Below, piece after piece: positions 37,101-45,518 of a stretch of 64,000 bases of DNA; within the stretch, counting starts at the first letter, position 1; every line of letters begins with the position of its first letter. The stretch spans positions 1,588 to 65,587 of the forward strand of contig JAGBTC010000317.1 of NCBI GenBank assembly GCA_017631545.1. The letters are read 5' to 3'. Under the pieces are notes generated by a model that was given only the letters and a program-made list of their open reading frames with translations, searched no databases and was not told the origin of the DNA. This stretch comes from Oscillospiraceae bacterium. Its GTDB lineage: Bacteria > Bacillota > Clostridia > Oscillospirales > Oscillospiraceae. The translations under genes were made by a program, and so were the position numbers.

Positions 37101-39277
37101 TTGATCGCGTCCTCGGAAGCGCCAATCAGCCCGAGCTTTTTGGAAGGATCGCTTTCGTTGCGGGCCTGCTGGGAACGATGCTGATATTGAGAAATCAGTT
37201 GGTTCACTTCGTCCAGCGCCGGGTTGAGGCTCGCGGCGCTGGGTCCGTATTTGTTGTTATACTGCTGGTACGCCGCCAGTTCTTTTTGCTTTTTTGCTTC
37301 GGCCACCTGCTGCTTCAGGAGATCCAGCTTCGTCCGCTCAAGCTCCGTCAGCTTATCCTCTCTGCTTTCCAGTTCGGCAATTTCCCGAAGAAGGTTTTCT
37401 TCTTCCTGTGTTGCCTCTTTGGTGGCCTGCTGGTATTCTTCCGCAGTGGTGGTCAGGGCGTTATACAGGGCAACCGCGCCTGCTGCGGTAATCGTCCCTG
37501 CCGCGATAGCCATGAGTACCGGGTTGGTAATCATGGCGGTCTTCAGAATATTGAAAGCCCCGGCCAGCTTGGATACGGCGGTCGTCAGTGTGAGGATCAC
37601 CGTCGGGATCGCCGCTGCCGTTACGAGAAAATGCCCGAAATCGCTGTCCAGCATTTTGACGAGCGAGATCAGCCCGTCCAGTGCTCCCTTTATTGCGTCC
37701 GTCTCTATCAGGTTCGCCACGAATTCCGTCCACGCGGCGTCGAGCTGCTTGGTCTTGGCCTCCCAGCTATCCAGATAGATTTCGTTTTCTTTCATGGCGG
37801 AGCCAGCGCCGTTGGCGTAGAGCGTCATCTGCCGCTCCACTTCCTGCCAGTTGTTCATCAGGGCATTCAGGATGTTTGCCTGCCGCTTTCCCGCAAGGCT
37901 CTGGCTCAGGTAGCTCTGCTCGGCGGTGGTGAGGCTTCCCCACTTTGCGGCCAAGTCGGTCAGCACGTCGCTGGTGAGACGCAGTTCTCCTTTTGCGTCC
38001 GCTACGGAAATGCCGACGCTGTGCAGGGCTTTCGCAGCCTCGGAAATGCTCGCTTCGTCGATGATCTCTCCGTCGTCCAGCTCACCCTTGATCTGACGGA
38101 TGTTCATGGCGATGGTCCGCAGGCCGCGTCCGATCTCGCTGCCGCTCCGCTGCGTGAGAGCAACGCCCGCGCCCAGCAATCCAGCGAAGGTCTGCACGCT
38201 TTCTCCCGCGTTGGAGAACACGCTGCCGGCCACGGTAATGCCGCTGGTGAGAGCGTTCATGTCTACGGCGGCTTCGTTGGTCTGTTGGTTCAGCCCGTCG
38301 ATGACCCGCAGCAGATTTTCGTAGCTTCCGTTCATCTGCCATGCCGCGTTGGTGGCGACGAGGAACTTCGCCGCCGCTTCCCCGGTCAGATCGCCGACGT
38401 TTTGGAGCAGCGCGGAAAGCTCCGTCATGTCCTCCAGGTTGTCCTTGAAGCCTGCGCGGGCGTACACGCTGGCCGCGTTCAGGATTTCCGTCGCCGTTCT
38501 GCCGTAGGCGCTGGCGAGCTTGTAGGCGCTGTCCGTCAGCCGGTCAAGCTGTTCGCCGCTGTAGCCCGTGGTCTTCTGAATGGTTACGAGTTCGCTGTCC
38601 ACCTCTTTCATGGTGTTCAGCGCATCCCGGAATGCCGACACGACCTTGCTGATGATTGCCCGAATGGACACATATTGAAGTACCAGAGAACCGAGGGAGT
38701 TGTTCAGCAGGGACGAAGCCGCGCTCCCCTCCTGCATCGCCGCGTTTTCACCCCGCTGCGCCGCTTCCGCCCGTGCCGCCGCCGTCGCCGTCTTCTCCTG
38801 CTGCACGGCAAGCCGCGCCTGTCCCTGCACCAGCGCGGTGTTGGCCTTGGCTTCCTCCTGCGCGGTCCGTGCAACGACAGTCGCGGTCTTTTCTTTTTGC
38901 AGGGCGATCTGGTTCTCGCCCTTAATAATTTCCGTCTGCTGCCGGATGGTCTGCGTGTGACGGTTCACCTGCGCAGTTGCAAGCCTGGTTTCCTGCTGTT
39001 CTGCTTTCCACGCTTCCGCTTCTGCTTTTGCCTGCGCCTGCGCGGTCTTTTCCTTGGCGACGGCCAGTTCGTTCTCCGCCTTGACCATCCGAGCCACAGA
39101 GTTGTTGTAAGCTGTGATCTGCTTGGTGGCCTTTTCAAATCCCGTATCGTCGATCTTGATATGGATTGGGGTCTTATTCAGCGTGTCCACATACTTCTGG
39201 ATTTCCAAAAGCCTGCCCGTAGTTCGCTTGTAGTCTCCGTCGTTTACGTTTACTCTGATGCTGATGATCTCGGCCAT
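34106..39277 (-). CDS. Tape measure protein
   Basis: 1723 aa, helical Ala/Glu/Lys-rich, TP901-like core (EIGRGLRTI, LAGKRQAN), TM segment. Confidence 0.93.
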   Translation of the reverse strand: MAEIISIRVNVNDGDYKRTTGRLLEIQKYVDTLNKTPIHIKIDDTGFEKATKQITAYNNSVARMVKAENELAVAKEKTAQAQAKAEAEAWKAEQQETRLATAQVNRHTQTIRQQTEIIKGENQIALQKEKTATVVARTAQEEAKANTALVQGQARLAVQQEKTATAAARAEAAQRGENAAMQEGSAASSLLNNSLGSLVLQYVSIRAIISKVVSAFRDALNTMKEVDSELVTIQKTTGYSGEQLDRLTDSAYKLASAYGRTATEILNAASVYARAGFKDNLEDMTELSALLQNVGDLTGEAAAKFLVATNAAWQMNGSYENLLRVIDGLNQQTNEAAVDMNALTSGITVAGSVFSNAGESVQTFAGLLGAGVALTQRSGSEIGRGLRTIAMNIRQIKGELDDGEIIDEASISEAAKALHSVGISVADAKGELRLTSDVLTDLAAKWGSLTTAEQSYLSQSLAGKRQANILNALMNNWQEVERQMTLYANGAGSAMKENEIYLDSWEAKTKQLDAAWTEFVANLIETDAIKGALDGLISLVKMLDSDFGHFLVTAAAIPTVILTLTTAVSKLAGAFNILKTAMITNPVLMAIAAGTITAAGAVALYNALTTTAEEYQQATKEATQEEENLLREIAELESREDKLTELERTKLDLLKQQVAEAKKQKELAAYQQYNNKYGPSAASLNPALDEVNQLISQYQHRSQQARNESDPSKKLGLIGASEDAIKKLREMKTELEEYSELMGTKFPEDGRKALDTINNFLWYLDEGTTAVQAGRQGLKQAGEDIEEVGKKTDEAAQPFKTLSDILKAASEKATSFDVVIANVITALQNFGAESYEVNQAMKNLESIIPGSTAKLYDFHTATLNIDASLLASKADLLDFIDTQKQLEFSDAISQLEDMAAAYWDVAGAALAAMTNQQAQAQMAGVLAFTAGGMNPNDAVGNVDKQLASVRQQKAEWDSYVATLRARSSYKPDTSSTGRSSYTPVSSAPDSASTKDTELERLKAIISLEKAELSFLQASGKSLDEINAKRKVIQAALHDEAEYLRAQLEILKAEEVAEEEKAEHEAKIKALEEDILALSTEWWNIQKNINDDLAKAEEARKKQLEEEAKLLEEQKKLQQEMFDTLKKTVDDYYAKLIEDKEKELTLEERILAVQQAEAALANAQRERTVRYYNAATGQWEWQANAKNVKSAQDALKKAQDDLTKYQREQAWKAFKSAWEYVSEQIKSGAMTFKEAYDYMYEEMKKIQDTYGVDLGFVLDDSIGGFKELNHGIDGLTQEVADSLGASVGKLNEQLKQYETAVGAFKKAFDEAAEKVREGEMTMEEAYSYLRDQAKEIADKYGIDMTGALDEAIAGMDKTNMSIDELWKAVIINLMKVNSARWFDATDEEKKLLHAQNEFLGKLIGATYDPSGYWYLNGSQLYGSQKGVVYDATGGGGGKGGSGGGGGGGSGGGGGGGSGGGKGSGGGIRGAAGTGKYYDSYGNEYATLDEAVAGNAANAGGGGSTDGKPLYKGTGFLAAPGDAGNISIWQGNRKWVADAAGNKYFSNTAGEGEHHWFKSSDGYIYDTNTATDYELARHGMMRDINGRVTIRPEGVYVDWDKLEAEHMAQFGITKEQTYDSGGILRGVGGIKATARDEFVLPPDITAKMMDPVNNDLSRMGLDTVRNLFGMLEGIPQPIDQSIGAQYNGDTYTMNGVTIGEQSAKTTTVFDLAQMARGLGKFKGKI

Positions 39278-39295
39278 TTTTACACCACCCGCTGA

Positions 39296-39808
39296 TTAAG
39301 TGAGTTCAAATTCCAGTCCGGACACGTCGATCCCCTGCCGCCGCAGCCCCGCGATCAGGGCTTTTTCCGCGTCTCCGCTGTCGATGACCTTTTGTTTTGC
39401 CTTTTCGTGGAAGGGGCGCGGCCCCGCCTTTTCCATGTGGAAGCGCGGGTCGCCCGTTGCGATGGCTTCTGCGAGCCTCGGAGATGACGGTCTTGTTCCG
39501 CCCCAAAGCTGCTGATACGGCGCGTCGTCGGAGACTGTCAGGGTGTTGCCCACGGCTTCGACGTGCATCTGCGTCGTGTCCGTGATGCCTCCGCCGGATG
39601 TTTTCAGCCACTTGTTCGTGGCCCCGTGTACCGGGTCCCGCCTGCTCAGAAACTCCGGCTCATATGCGTCGTAGACTTCCTCAATGGCAGCCTGCGCCAG
39701 CGCCCCTTTCACCACTTCCGCGACTTCGTTTTTCAGCGCGTTCTCTATGGCCCGGTCCAGCTTGGCGTATTTCTCTATCGCTCTTTGCAGGTCTCCCATT
39801 CCGTTCAC
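39296..39808 (-). CDS. Tail component (HK97 gp10-like)
   Basis: VYDAYEP..., PRPF motif. Confidence 0.75.
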   Translation of the reverse strand: MNGMGDLQRAIEKYAKLDRAIENALKNEVAEVVKGALAQAAIEEVYDAYEPEFLSRRDPVHGATNKWLKTSGGGITDTTQMHVEAVGNTLTVSDDAPYQQLWGGTRPSSPRLAEAIATGDPRFHMEKAGPRPFHEKAKQKVIDSGDAEKALIAGLRRQGIDVSGLEFELT

Positions 39809-39882
39809 CCCCGTTCAAGGCACAAATCAAAACCCGCACCCCGGTACAGCCTTTGATTTATCCCCTGTTTCTTATGTTCTTC

Positions 39883-39911
39883 TTGCTATAAACGTCCTGT
39901 TGTGGTATACT
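39883..39911 (+). promoter_or_regulatory. sigma-A promoter for endonuclease gene
   Basis: TTGCTA-17 nt-TATACT with TGn extension. Confidence 0.7.
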
Positions 39912-40032
39912 GCTATTGGAAGGTTGCGGCTTCCTTATATGTGGTACATCGCGGGGCTTGTCCCCGCTTTGTTCAGTACGCCGATTGAGCGCCGCAACCG
40001 CTCGGTCGGCGTATTTTTATCGGAGGTGTGCT

Positions 40033-40857
40033 ATGATTGAGGATTTGACCGGTAGGCGTTTCGGAAGACTCGTTGTATTAAGCATGTGTCCTCACGTTGC
40101 AGGAGAAGATGTCCGTTGGAACTGTCGCTGTGATTGCGGTGCGGAACTGTCCGTTTCCGGTCATTCGCTTCGCCGTGGTCGCACAAAGAGCTGTGGGTGC
40201 TATCAGAGGGAACGCGCCGCCGAACTTTGCAAAACCCGCGAACGTCGCATTACAGTCAGCAAGAAGAAAAACAATCGGCTTTATAATGTATGGCATGGAA
40301 TGGTAAAAAGATGCTGTGACCCTTCTCACAAGAGCTATCACACATACGGCGGCGCGGGGATAACAGTCTGCGACGAGTGGAAAGACTTTTCGCGGTTCCG
40401 TAAATGGGCCTACGACAACGGTTATGATGAAAATTCTCCAAAGTTTCAGTGTACCCTCGACCGAATCGACGTTACCAAAGGCTACTCACCTGATAACTGC
40501 CGCTGGGCGGATATGAAAGTCCAAAGCCGAAACACTAGGCGAAACATCTGGGTGGAATACCAAGGAAAATCCTATATCGCTAAAGACCTGGCGGATATGT
40601 TTGGCATGGACGACCACGCCTTGATTCATCGGCTGAATTTGGGATTGAGTGTTGAGGACGCACTGACTATTCCGAAGGGAACCACGCTGAGTCCCGGTGC
40701 TTTTTCCCCCGTAGTTTGCATTGAAACAGGAGAACGATTTCCGTCCGTTAAAGCTGCCGCTGAGTTTGTGTCAAGGCATGAAAGCACCGTGATTGCTGCG
40801 CTCAAAAACCACAACCGTACCGCAGGCGGCTACCACTGGCGTTACGCCGATAACTGA
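40033..40857 (+). CDS. HNH homing endonuclease-like protein with C-terminal NUMOD1-like HTH
   Basis: DLTGRRFGRL, CxCDCG, SCGC, YGGxGI.VCxEW, TLDRID...YSPxNCRW, TAGGYHW; GGAGG SD. Confidence 0.9.
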   Translation: MIEDLTGRRFGRLVVLSMCPHVAGEDVRWNCRCDCGAELSVSGHSLRRGRTKSCGCYQRERAAELCKTRERRITVSKKKNNRLYNVWHGMVKRCCDPSHKSYHTYGGAGITVCDEWKDFSRFRKWAYDNGYDENSPKFQCTLDRIDVTKGYSPDNCRWADMKVQSRNTRRNIWVEYQGKSYIAKDLADMFGMDDHALIHRLNLGLSVEDALTIPKGTTLSPGAFSPVVCIETGERFPSVKAAAEFVSRHESTVIAALKNHNRTAGGYHWRYADN

Positions 40858-40863
40858 ATTTTC

Positions 40864-40900
40864 AAAAATACCCCCGGCCCGAAAGCCGGGGGTATTTCGT
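40864..40900. terminator. Bidirectional intrinsic terminator
   Basis: aaatacccccggc-ccgaaa-gccgggggtattt between convergent genes. Confidence 0.85.
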
Positions 40901-40906
40901 TGTTGT

Positions 40907-42031
40907 TCAGGCGGACACCACAGAGATGTTCACCGGACAAGAAAACTCGTTCTCGCCGTCGGTCCATTCAATGAGGCACTCTCCATCGCCAGTTGCGGTG
41001 CCGCTGGAAACCACGCCAGCGGTGCTGACGCTGGTTCCGGTGGGCAGGCCGGAGCCGGTGTAGGTGAATCCGGTGGAGTAGCTGGTGGGCTTGACAAGGG
41101 TGTTGTCGGGCATCACCAAATACACGGGGATCTGCTTCACGCTGCTGATGGGCAGGCTCACGAGGCCGCCGACCACGGCGATGCCCTGCACGATCTCGGC
41201 GTCATTGCAGGGGCTGTAGACGTAGTAGGCCAGGGGGTTCGACACGTCGCCGCACAGGTAGGTGGTGGCGGAAACAACCTGGTCGTCCTCGCTCAGCGCC
41301 ATGCCGGTGATGACCGTGGTATCGGCGTTGGTCTGGTCGCCGGAGATGTTGGCGTTGGCCTGCATCTTCAGCTTGGGCACCGTGACGTACAGCCAGCCCA
41401 CGCGGGTGCCGCTGTTGGCGCTGCCGCCCACGTTGGCGTACACGGCGAAGGAGGCGGAGAAGTGGACGATCTTGGGGTCCATCAGGGAGCCGATGGTCGC
41501 CTTGTGGGCAGTGGCTTTCTGCACGAAATACCAGACCTTATAATCCTGATCGACCGTCGCGGTGAAGCCGGAAATCACACCGGCCTCGCTGATGGGGTAG
41601 GCGGTGCCGTCCCGGATGATGGGGCTGGCCGCGCCGACGGGCTGGATATAGCACACGGCCTCGGAGAAGCCGAGCTGGGGAGCGGGAACGCCGTCGGTCA
41701 CGTCGATGGTGAGGCTTGTGCCTGTGGCCTTGATGGTCTGCGCCACGGGAACGGGAGCGCCGTAGGTCAGAGCAGCGCCGACCTGAGCGGCTTTCTCGAA
41801 CAGGGAGAAGTCCACGGCAGTGAACTCCACGGTCAGGCTGGCGTCAGAGGGCAGGGTCGCCACGACGGGGTTGCCGAGACCGGCACGGATTTCGTTCATG
41901 TTCACGCTGGTGCTGACGCTGCCAGCATTGAAGCTTTTGGACTGATAGAGGATGTCCCCGGTGTCGGGATCGGTCAGGATGACGTTGCCGACGCCCTTCA
42001 GGAACAGGCTCTTATCGGTGAAGGTAATCAT
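40907..42031 (-). CDS. Major tail (tube) protein with C-terminal Ig-like domain
   Basis: AAGGAG SD before ATG 42031 (MITFTD); high codon bias; position in tail module. Confidence 0.8.
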   Translation of the reverse strand: MITFTDKSLFLKGVGNVILTDPDTGDILYQSKSFNAGSVSTSVNMNEIRAGLGNPVVATLPSDASLTVEFTAVDFSLFEKAAQVGAALTYGAPVPVAQTIKATGTSLTIDVTDGVPAPQLGFSEAVCYIQPVGAASPIIRDGTAYPISEAGVISGFTATVDQDYKVWYFVQKATAHKATIGSLMDPKIVHFSASFAVYANVGGSANSGTRVGWLYVTVPKLKMQANANISGDQTNADTTVITGMALSEDDQVVSATTYLCGDVSNPLAYYVYSPCNDAEIVQGIAVVGGLVSLPISSVKQIPVYLVMPDNTLVKPTSYSTGFTYTGSGLPTGTSVSTAGVVSSGTATGDGECLIEWTDGENEFSCPVNISVVSA

Positions 42032-42436
42032 AGGATTGTCACTCCTTACTCTGTATTGAGGATAGATGGTGATTTGGGCGGCATTGGAATTGGCGGAAGC
42101 GGTATAGCCGTTGCTGGCCGGGTACAGGGTGCTGCTGGGATAAAGGTCGTCAGCGGGGTAAAGCCCGCCCACCCAGTTTGTCGCCACGGCGCGGTAAAAA
42201 ACGATCTGCCGTATCTGCCCCGTATTCAGTTCCGTGGACGGCATATAGCTCGGACCCACGGCCCCTATGATATCCAGCCAGTTTGTTCCGTCCGGGCTTT
42301 CTTGCCATTGGTAAAACAGGATTCCCCCGTCGGAAACGGTTGCTTCCACCGTGAGCGGAGCCGCCAAATCGCCTGCGTTATACGCCGCCGATACCGGCTG
42401 CGTGGTTATGGTCGGTGTCTGCGCCGAAGTAGCCGT
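42032..42436 (-). other. Ig-like domain in frame with and upstream of the tail tube gene, no ATG (ACG at 42436)
   Basis: TPTITTQP...LTVEAT.DGG.L.YQW...Y.AVATN; AAGGGGG 8 nt before ACG. Confidence 0.65.
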
Positions 42437-42457
42437 TGTCTCCGCCCCCTTTTCCGA

Positions 42458-43291
42458 TTATTGCTTCATGGACTCGATTCCCTCGGCCACGGCGTCCAGG
42501 GCCGCGCCGCCGCCGAACTCGGAAAGTGCGACTTTCGCCGCGCTTCCCTCCTTTTTCCGGTCGAAAAAGGGGTTTGGAACCGGATTGCCTTTCTTCCACT
42601 TGGTCCCCTGCGATTCTCCGATTCCGCATACCAGATAGTCCAGTGCGCGGTGAATCGCCCTTTGTCTGCTCTGCATCTTGGCAATGGGCCAGTCGTAGAT
42701 TTCTTTCTCGTCTGCCCCGCTCAGAGCCGCAACGGCGGAAATCAGGCTTTCCAGATTCACGTCCAGCTCCGGCGCTTTCTTTCTGGCTATCTCCTGCTCC
42801 GCGTCCACCAGTGCCGGGTTCGCGTCCTCTTCCGGTATCGTCAGCCCGTTCTGTTCCGCGAGGATAGGTCTCAGCCGCTCGAATTTCGCCGGAGTGATCT
42901 CGCAGATTTCTTCTCCGTCCTGAGAAAACATGACGGACTTCAGTCTTCCCTTTGTGTCTACCCTCGGCTTGAATAACCCGATGCGCTTTTCCACAGGGAG
43001 GCCCCTCCCCATTCTCAGGGCAAGCGCCAAGAAAAGTACGCTTCTTGCCATCAGGCCGGTAGGTATCTGCTCGTCTTCGATGCTCTGACTGTCCAGCGCA
43101 TAATACGCTTGCAGGATAGGCATGTTGAGATAAACTCTCGGAAGACGCTGGTGCATGAATTCGATTGCGCTTTTGGCAATCAGGTATTCCTCGTATTCTT
43201 CCACCAGGATCGGGTAGAACCGCAGTCCCTCAAAATCTACAGGTTCGTATCTGCGGATCGCCTTGAGATACTTTGTCGGGATTTCGCTCAT
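42458..43291 (-). CDS. Tail module protein (chaperone-like)
   Basis: Position; RPILAEQN...IYDW.I. Confidence 0.75.
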   Translation of the reverse strand: MSEIPTKYLKAIRRYEPVDFEGLRFYPILVEEYEEYLIAKSAIEFMHQRLPRVYLNMPILQAYYALDSQSIEDEQIPTGLMARSVLFLALALRMGRGLPVEKRIGLFKPRVDTKGRLKSVMFSQDGEEICEITPAKFERLRPILAEQNGLTIPEEDANPALVDAEQEIARKKAPELDVNLESLISAVAALSGADEKEIYDWPIAKMQSRQRAIHRALDYLVCGIGESQGTKWKKGNPVPNPFFDRKKEGSAAKVALSEFGGGAALDAVAEGIESMKQ

Positions 43292-43367
43292 TCTTCTGCT
43301 TCCTTCCCGATATATGATTCAACGGGATTTTCGAGCGGTGTGAAACTCTCCGTCCCGCTGTTTCTGT

Positions 43368-44087
43368 TTATTCGTACCGGTTCACGCCCCAGCTTTCCAC
43401 GGTGCCTCCGCCGCCTGCCATGTAGGTCAGGCTCATAACGAGCCGCCGTCCGACGTTCGTGCCGCTTTCGTCGTAGAAGTTCTGGCTTCCGGCGTCGCCG
43501 TGGGTGTGGCGGGAGTAGTTCATCACGCCTACCCCGGCGAGGTTGACCCCGTGCAGGGCGTCGATGATGTCTTTCTCCATGGCGTAGGCTTTGCTGAGAC
43601 CTCCCACGCCCATCGTCGTTTCCAAATTCGCGTTCACATAGATGTCGAAGATAATGCCGATCTCCACGCGGAAATCGTCCAGCGGCGTCTCCCTCCCCAT
43701 GTATACCTTCAGGCTCGTCTGCGCCTCGATCTGGCTCTGCATCCACCATTGAAGGGGGTACAGTCTGTACCCCTGCGGGTGCTCTGCCTGTTCCTCGTCC
43801 GTATTCAGCGTGGGGTGATGCCCGTCAAAGAGCATCGACAGCTTTTGCTCCGGCGTGGGGTTCGGATTGGCGAGCGGGTCATCCACGTCGTACCACAGCC
43901 GCTTCATCAGGCGGCAGCGGGGATAGCGGTTGTTGTCCGGCGGCGTATATCCGGGCATCGGCAGGTCCATGAGATATCGGCAAATGAGCAAGGGGATTTC
44001 CTGTGCCGGTTCCATTTTTGGGAAGTCCGCCACCCGTTCGTACGGGTAGGTAGGGCTGAGTACGCTGATCTCTTTTTCTCCGTCCAT
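43368..44087 (-). CDS. Tail terminator/neck-like protein
   Basis: Position upstream of tail tube. Confidence 0.7.
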   Translation of the reverse strand: MDGEKEISVLSPTYPYERVADFPKMEPAQEIPLLICRYLMDLPMPGYTPPDNNRYPRCRLMKRLWYDVDDPLANPNPTPEQKLSMLFDGHHPTLNTDEEQAEHPQGYRLYPLQWWMQSQIEAQTSLKVYMGRETPLDDFRVEIGIIFDIYVNANLETTMGVGGLSKAYAMEKDIIDALHGVNLAGVGVMNYSRHTHGDAGSQNFYDESGTNVGRRLVMSLTYMAGGGGTVESWGVNRYE

Positions 44088-44108
44088 CTCATTTCACCCC
44101 CTTATCAG

Positions 44109-44154
44109 CCTCCCCTCTGGGGGAGGGAGACCGCCCGCAGACGGTGGAGAGGTC
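44109..44154. repeat. REP-like palindrome copy 5 (degenerate)
   Basis: Intergenic. Confidence 0.8.
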
Positions 44155-44728
44155 ATCCCCTCACCGCCTTGTATTCCGCCAGTTCCTGCTTTGCTTCCTC
44201 CGTGGCTTTCAGCAGCGCTTCCATCGCCTCCGGCGTGGTCTGCGCCGACATCATCATCTGGAATCGGCTCAGGGTGTCGTTCATGGCGGGGAGCATACCG
44301 TAGCACTCCGCATTCAGGAGCTTTTCCAGCAGCTTGTAGTCCGCCAGCAGATCGTAAATCTTGTCTTGCAGTTCCTTGTCCGCCGTGCGCTTCTTGATGC
44401 GCTCAAGCTGGCTGATAAGGAAGCTACGAGATGCGGTCTCGTAGTCCTCTTCGGTGATGCTCCAAGGGTCGCCCTCGGTCTCCGTATCATAATCGACGCG
44501 GAGATACAGCTTCATCAGCGCCGCCGTCATGTACCGGTGCTTCCGCATGGCGCTTTCCTTGTAGAAGGGGGGCAGCGGGTCTCCGTTCTCCGTCCCTATC
44601 TCCATCTTGTCGAAGCAGCCGGGGGAAACGTCCTTGATGAACTCTTCCTTGTCCCTCATGGAGACATAACTGACGGACATTTCTCTCAGATGCTCTTCCG
44701 TCAGGCAGATGTTTTTCACGTTTTCCAT
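44153..44728 (-). CDS. Hypothetical tail module protein
   Basis: AAGGA SD. Confidence 0.8.
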   Translation of the reverse strand: MENVKNICLTEEHLREMSVSYVSMRDKEEFIKDVSPGCFDKMEIGTENGDPLPPFYKESAMRKHRYMTAALMKLYLRVDYDTETEGDPWSITEEDYETASRSFLISQLERIKKRTADKELQDKIYDLLADYKLLEKLLNAECYGMLPAMNDTLSRFQMMMSAQTTPEAMEALLKATEEAKQELAEYKAVRG

Positions 44729-44790
44729 GCAGTTTTTCCTTTCTTTTTCACGGATTCCGCGATTCTATCCTTATCTTTTTCCGTTCCTTC

Positions 44791-44805
44791 GGATTTTTGG
44801 TGCCA
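44791..44805 (-). promoter_or_regulatory. Late motif TGGCACCAAAAATCC copy 2
   Basis: Intergenic, followed by TAGAAT -10-like hexamer. Confidence 0.65.
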
Positions 44806-44806
44806 T

Positions 44807-45151
44807 TTATTTACTTTCCATGACGATGCACTGTAAGGTCATTTCAGCGGAGGGGGTTCCTCCAAGCGCATAAAGCGTCAGCGTCCCGGAGTTGTTCTCC
44901 ACCAGCATGGCTTCAACTCCGTCCGTCATCATGGACGAAAGCTGGGCTGCCGTGGGCTGAAGATCTACGATGCTCTTGGAATCCGTGCTTACTCCGGTCA
45001 CGGTAACGGTTTGGGAATAAGGGTCGCTTCCGCTCCATGTGGTGCTGACGGTGATAGAGCCGACGGATACCTTTGCGCTTCCGCCCCCGCCGCCGCCTCC
45101 GCCTCCCTGTGCGGACGCAGCCATTCCACGGGCGATATTGTCAACTGCCAT
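44807..45151 (-). CDS. Small virion protein paralogous to C-terminus of 27711..28433
   Basis: Shared PYSQTVTVTG...VDLQ.TAAQ...ENN.GTLT.YA.G..PSAEMT.QC. Confidence 0.8.
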   Translation of the reverse strand: MAVDNIARGMAASAQGGGGGGGGGSAKVSVGSITVSTTWSGSDPYSQTVTVTGVSTDSKSIVDLQPTAAQLSSMMTDGVEAMLVENNSGTLTLYALGGTPSAEMTLQCIVMESK

Positions 45152-45154
45152 ATC

Positions 45155-45493
45155 TCAGCCCTCCCCGATTGCCGCGCCAAACACGGTCACATCGCCAGCG
45201 TTTCCGCCGTTTACCACCTGCATCTCCCGGATTCCTCCAGCCGCCACGCTGTAGATACCGGAGGCTGTGATGGATTCGGCCACGCTGTAGTCCGTCTGGT
45301 TGATGGCAGCCAGCGCAATGAAATCCCCGTTTTCCGTGTCGGCTTTACCCTTGATAGTCACGTTCAGGGTCCCGGCTCCGGTCGCCTGTATCACCACGCT
45401 GTCCGCTCCGTAGGGGACGTAGAAGGTACTGCTGGTCGTACCCGTGCTGTTCGTGTCCAAAAACACGAAATTTGCCAAAACCGCCATGTCCAA
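45155..45493 (-). CDS. Small beta-rich virion protein
   Basis: AAGGAG SD. Confidence 0.8.
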   Translation of the reverse strand: MDMAVLANFVFLDTNSTGTTSSTFYVPYGADSVVIQATGAGTLNVTIKGKADTENGDFIALAAINQTDYSVAESITASGIYSVAAGGIREMQVVNGGNAGDVTVFGAAIGEG

Positions 45494-45518
45494 AACACTC
45501 CTTTATCTAAAACTGTGA

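Noticed and set aside
36515-42976. Long + strand ORFs (36515..39295, 40793..42976, also 23896..25866)
   Set aside because: Antisense shadows of GC-biased structural genes; no SD or recognisable motifs
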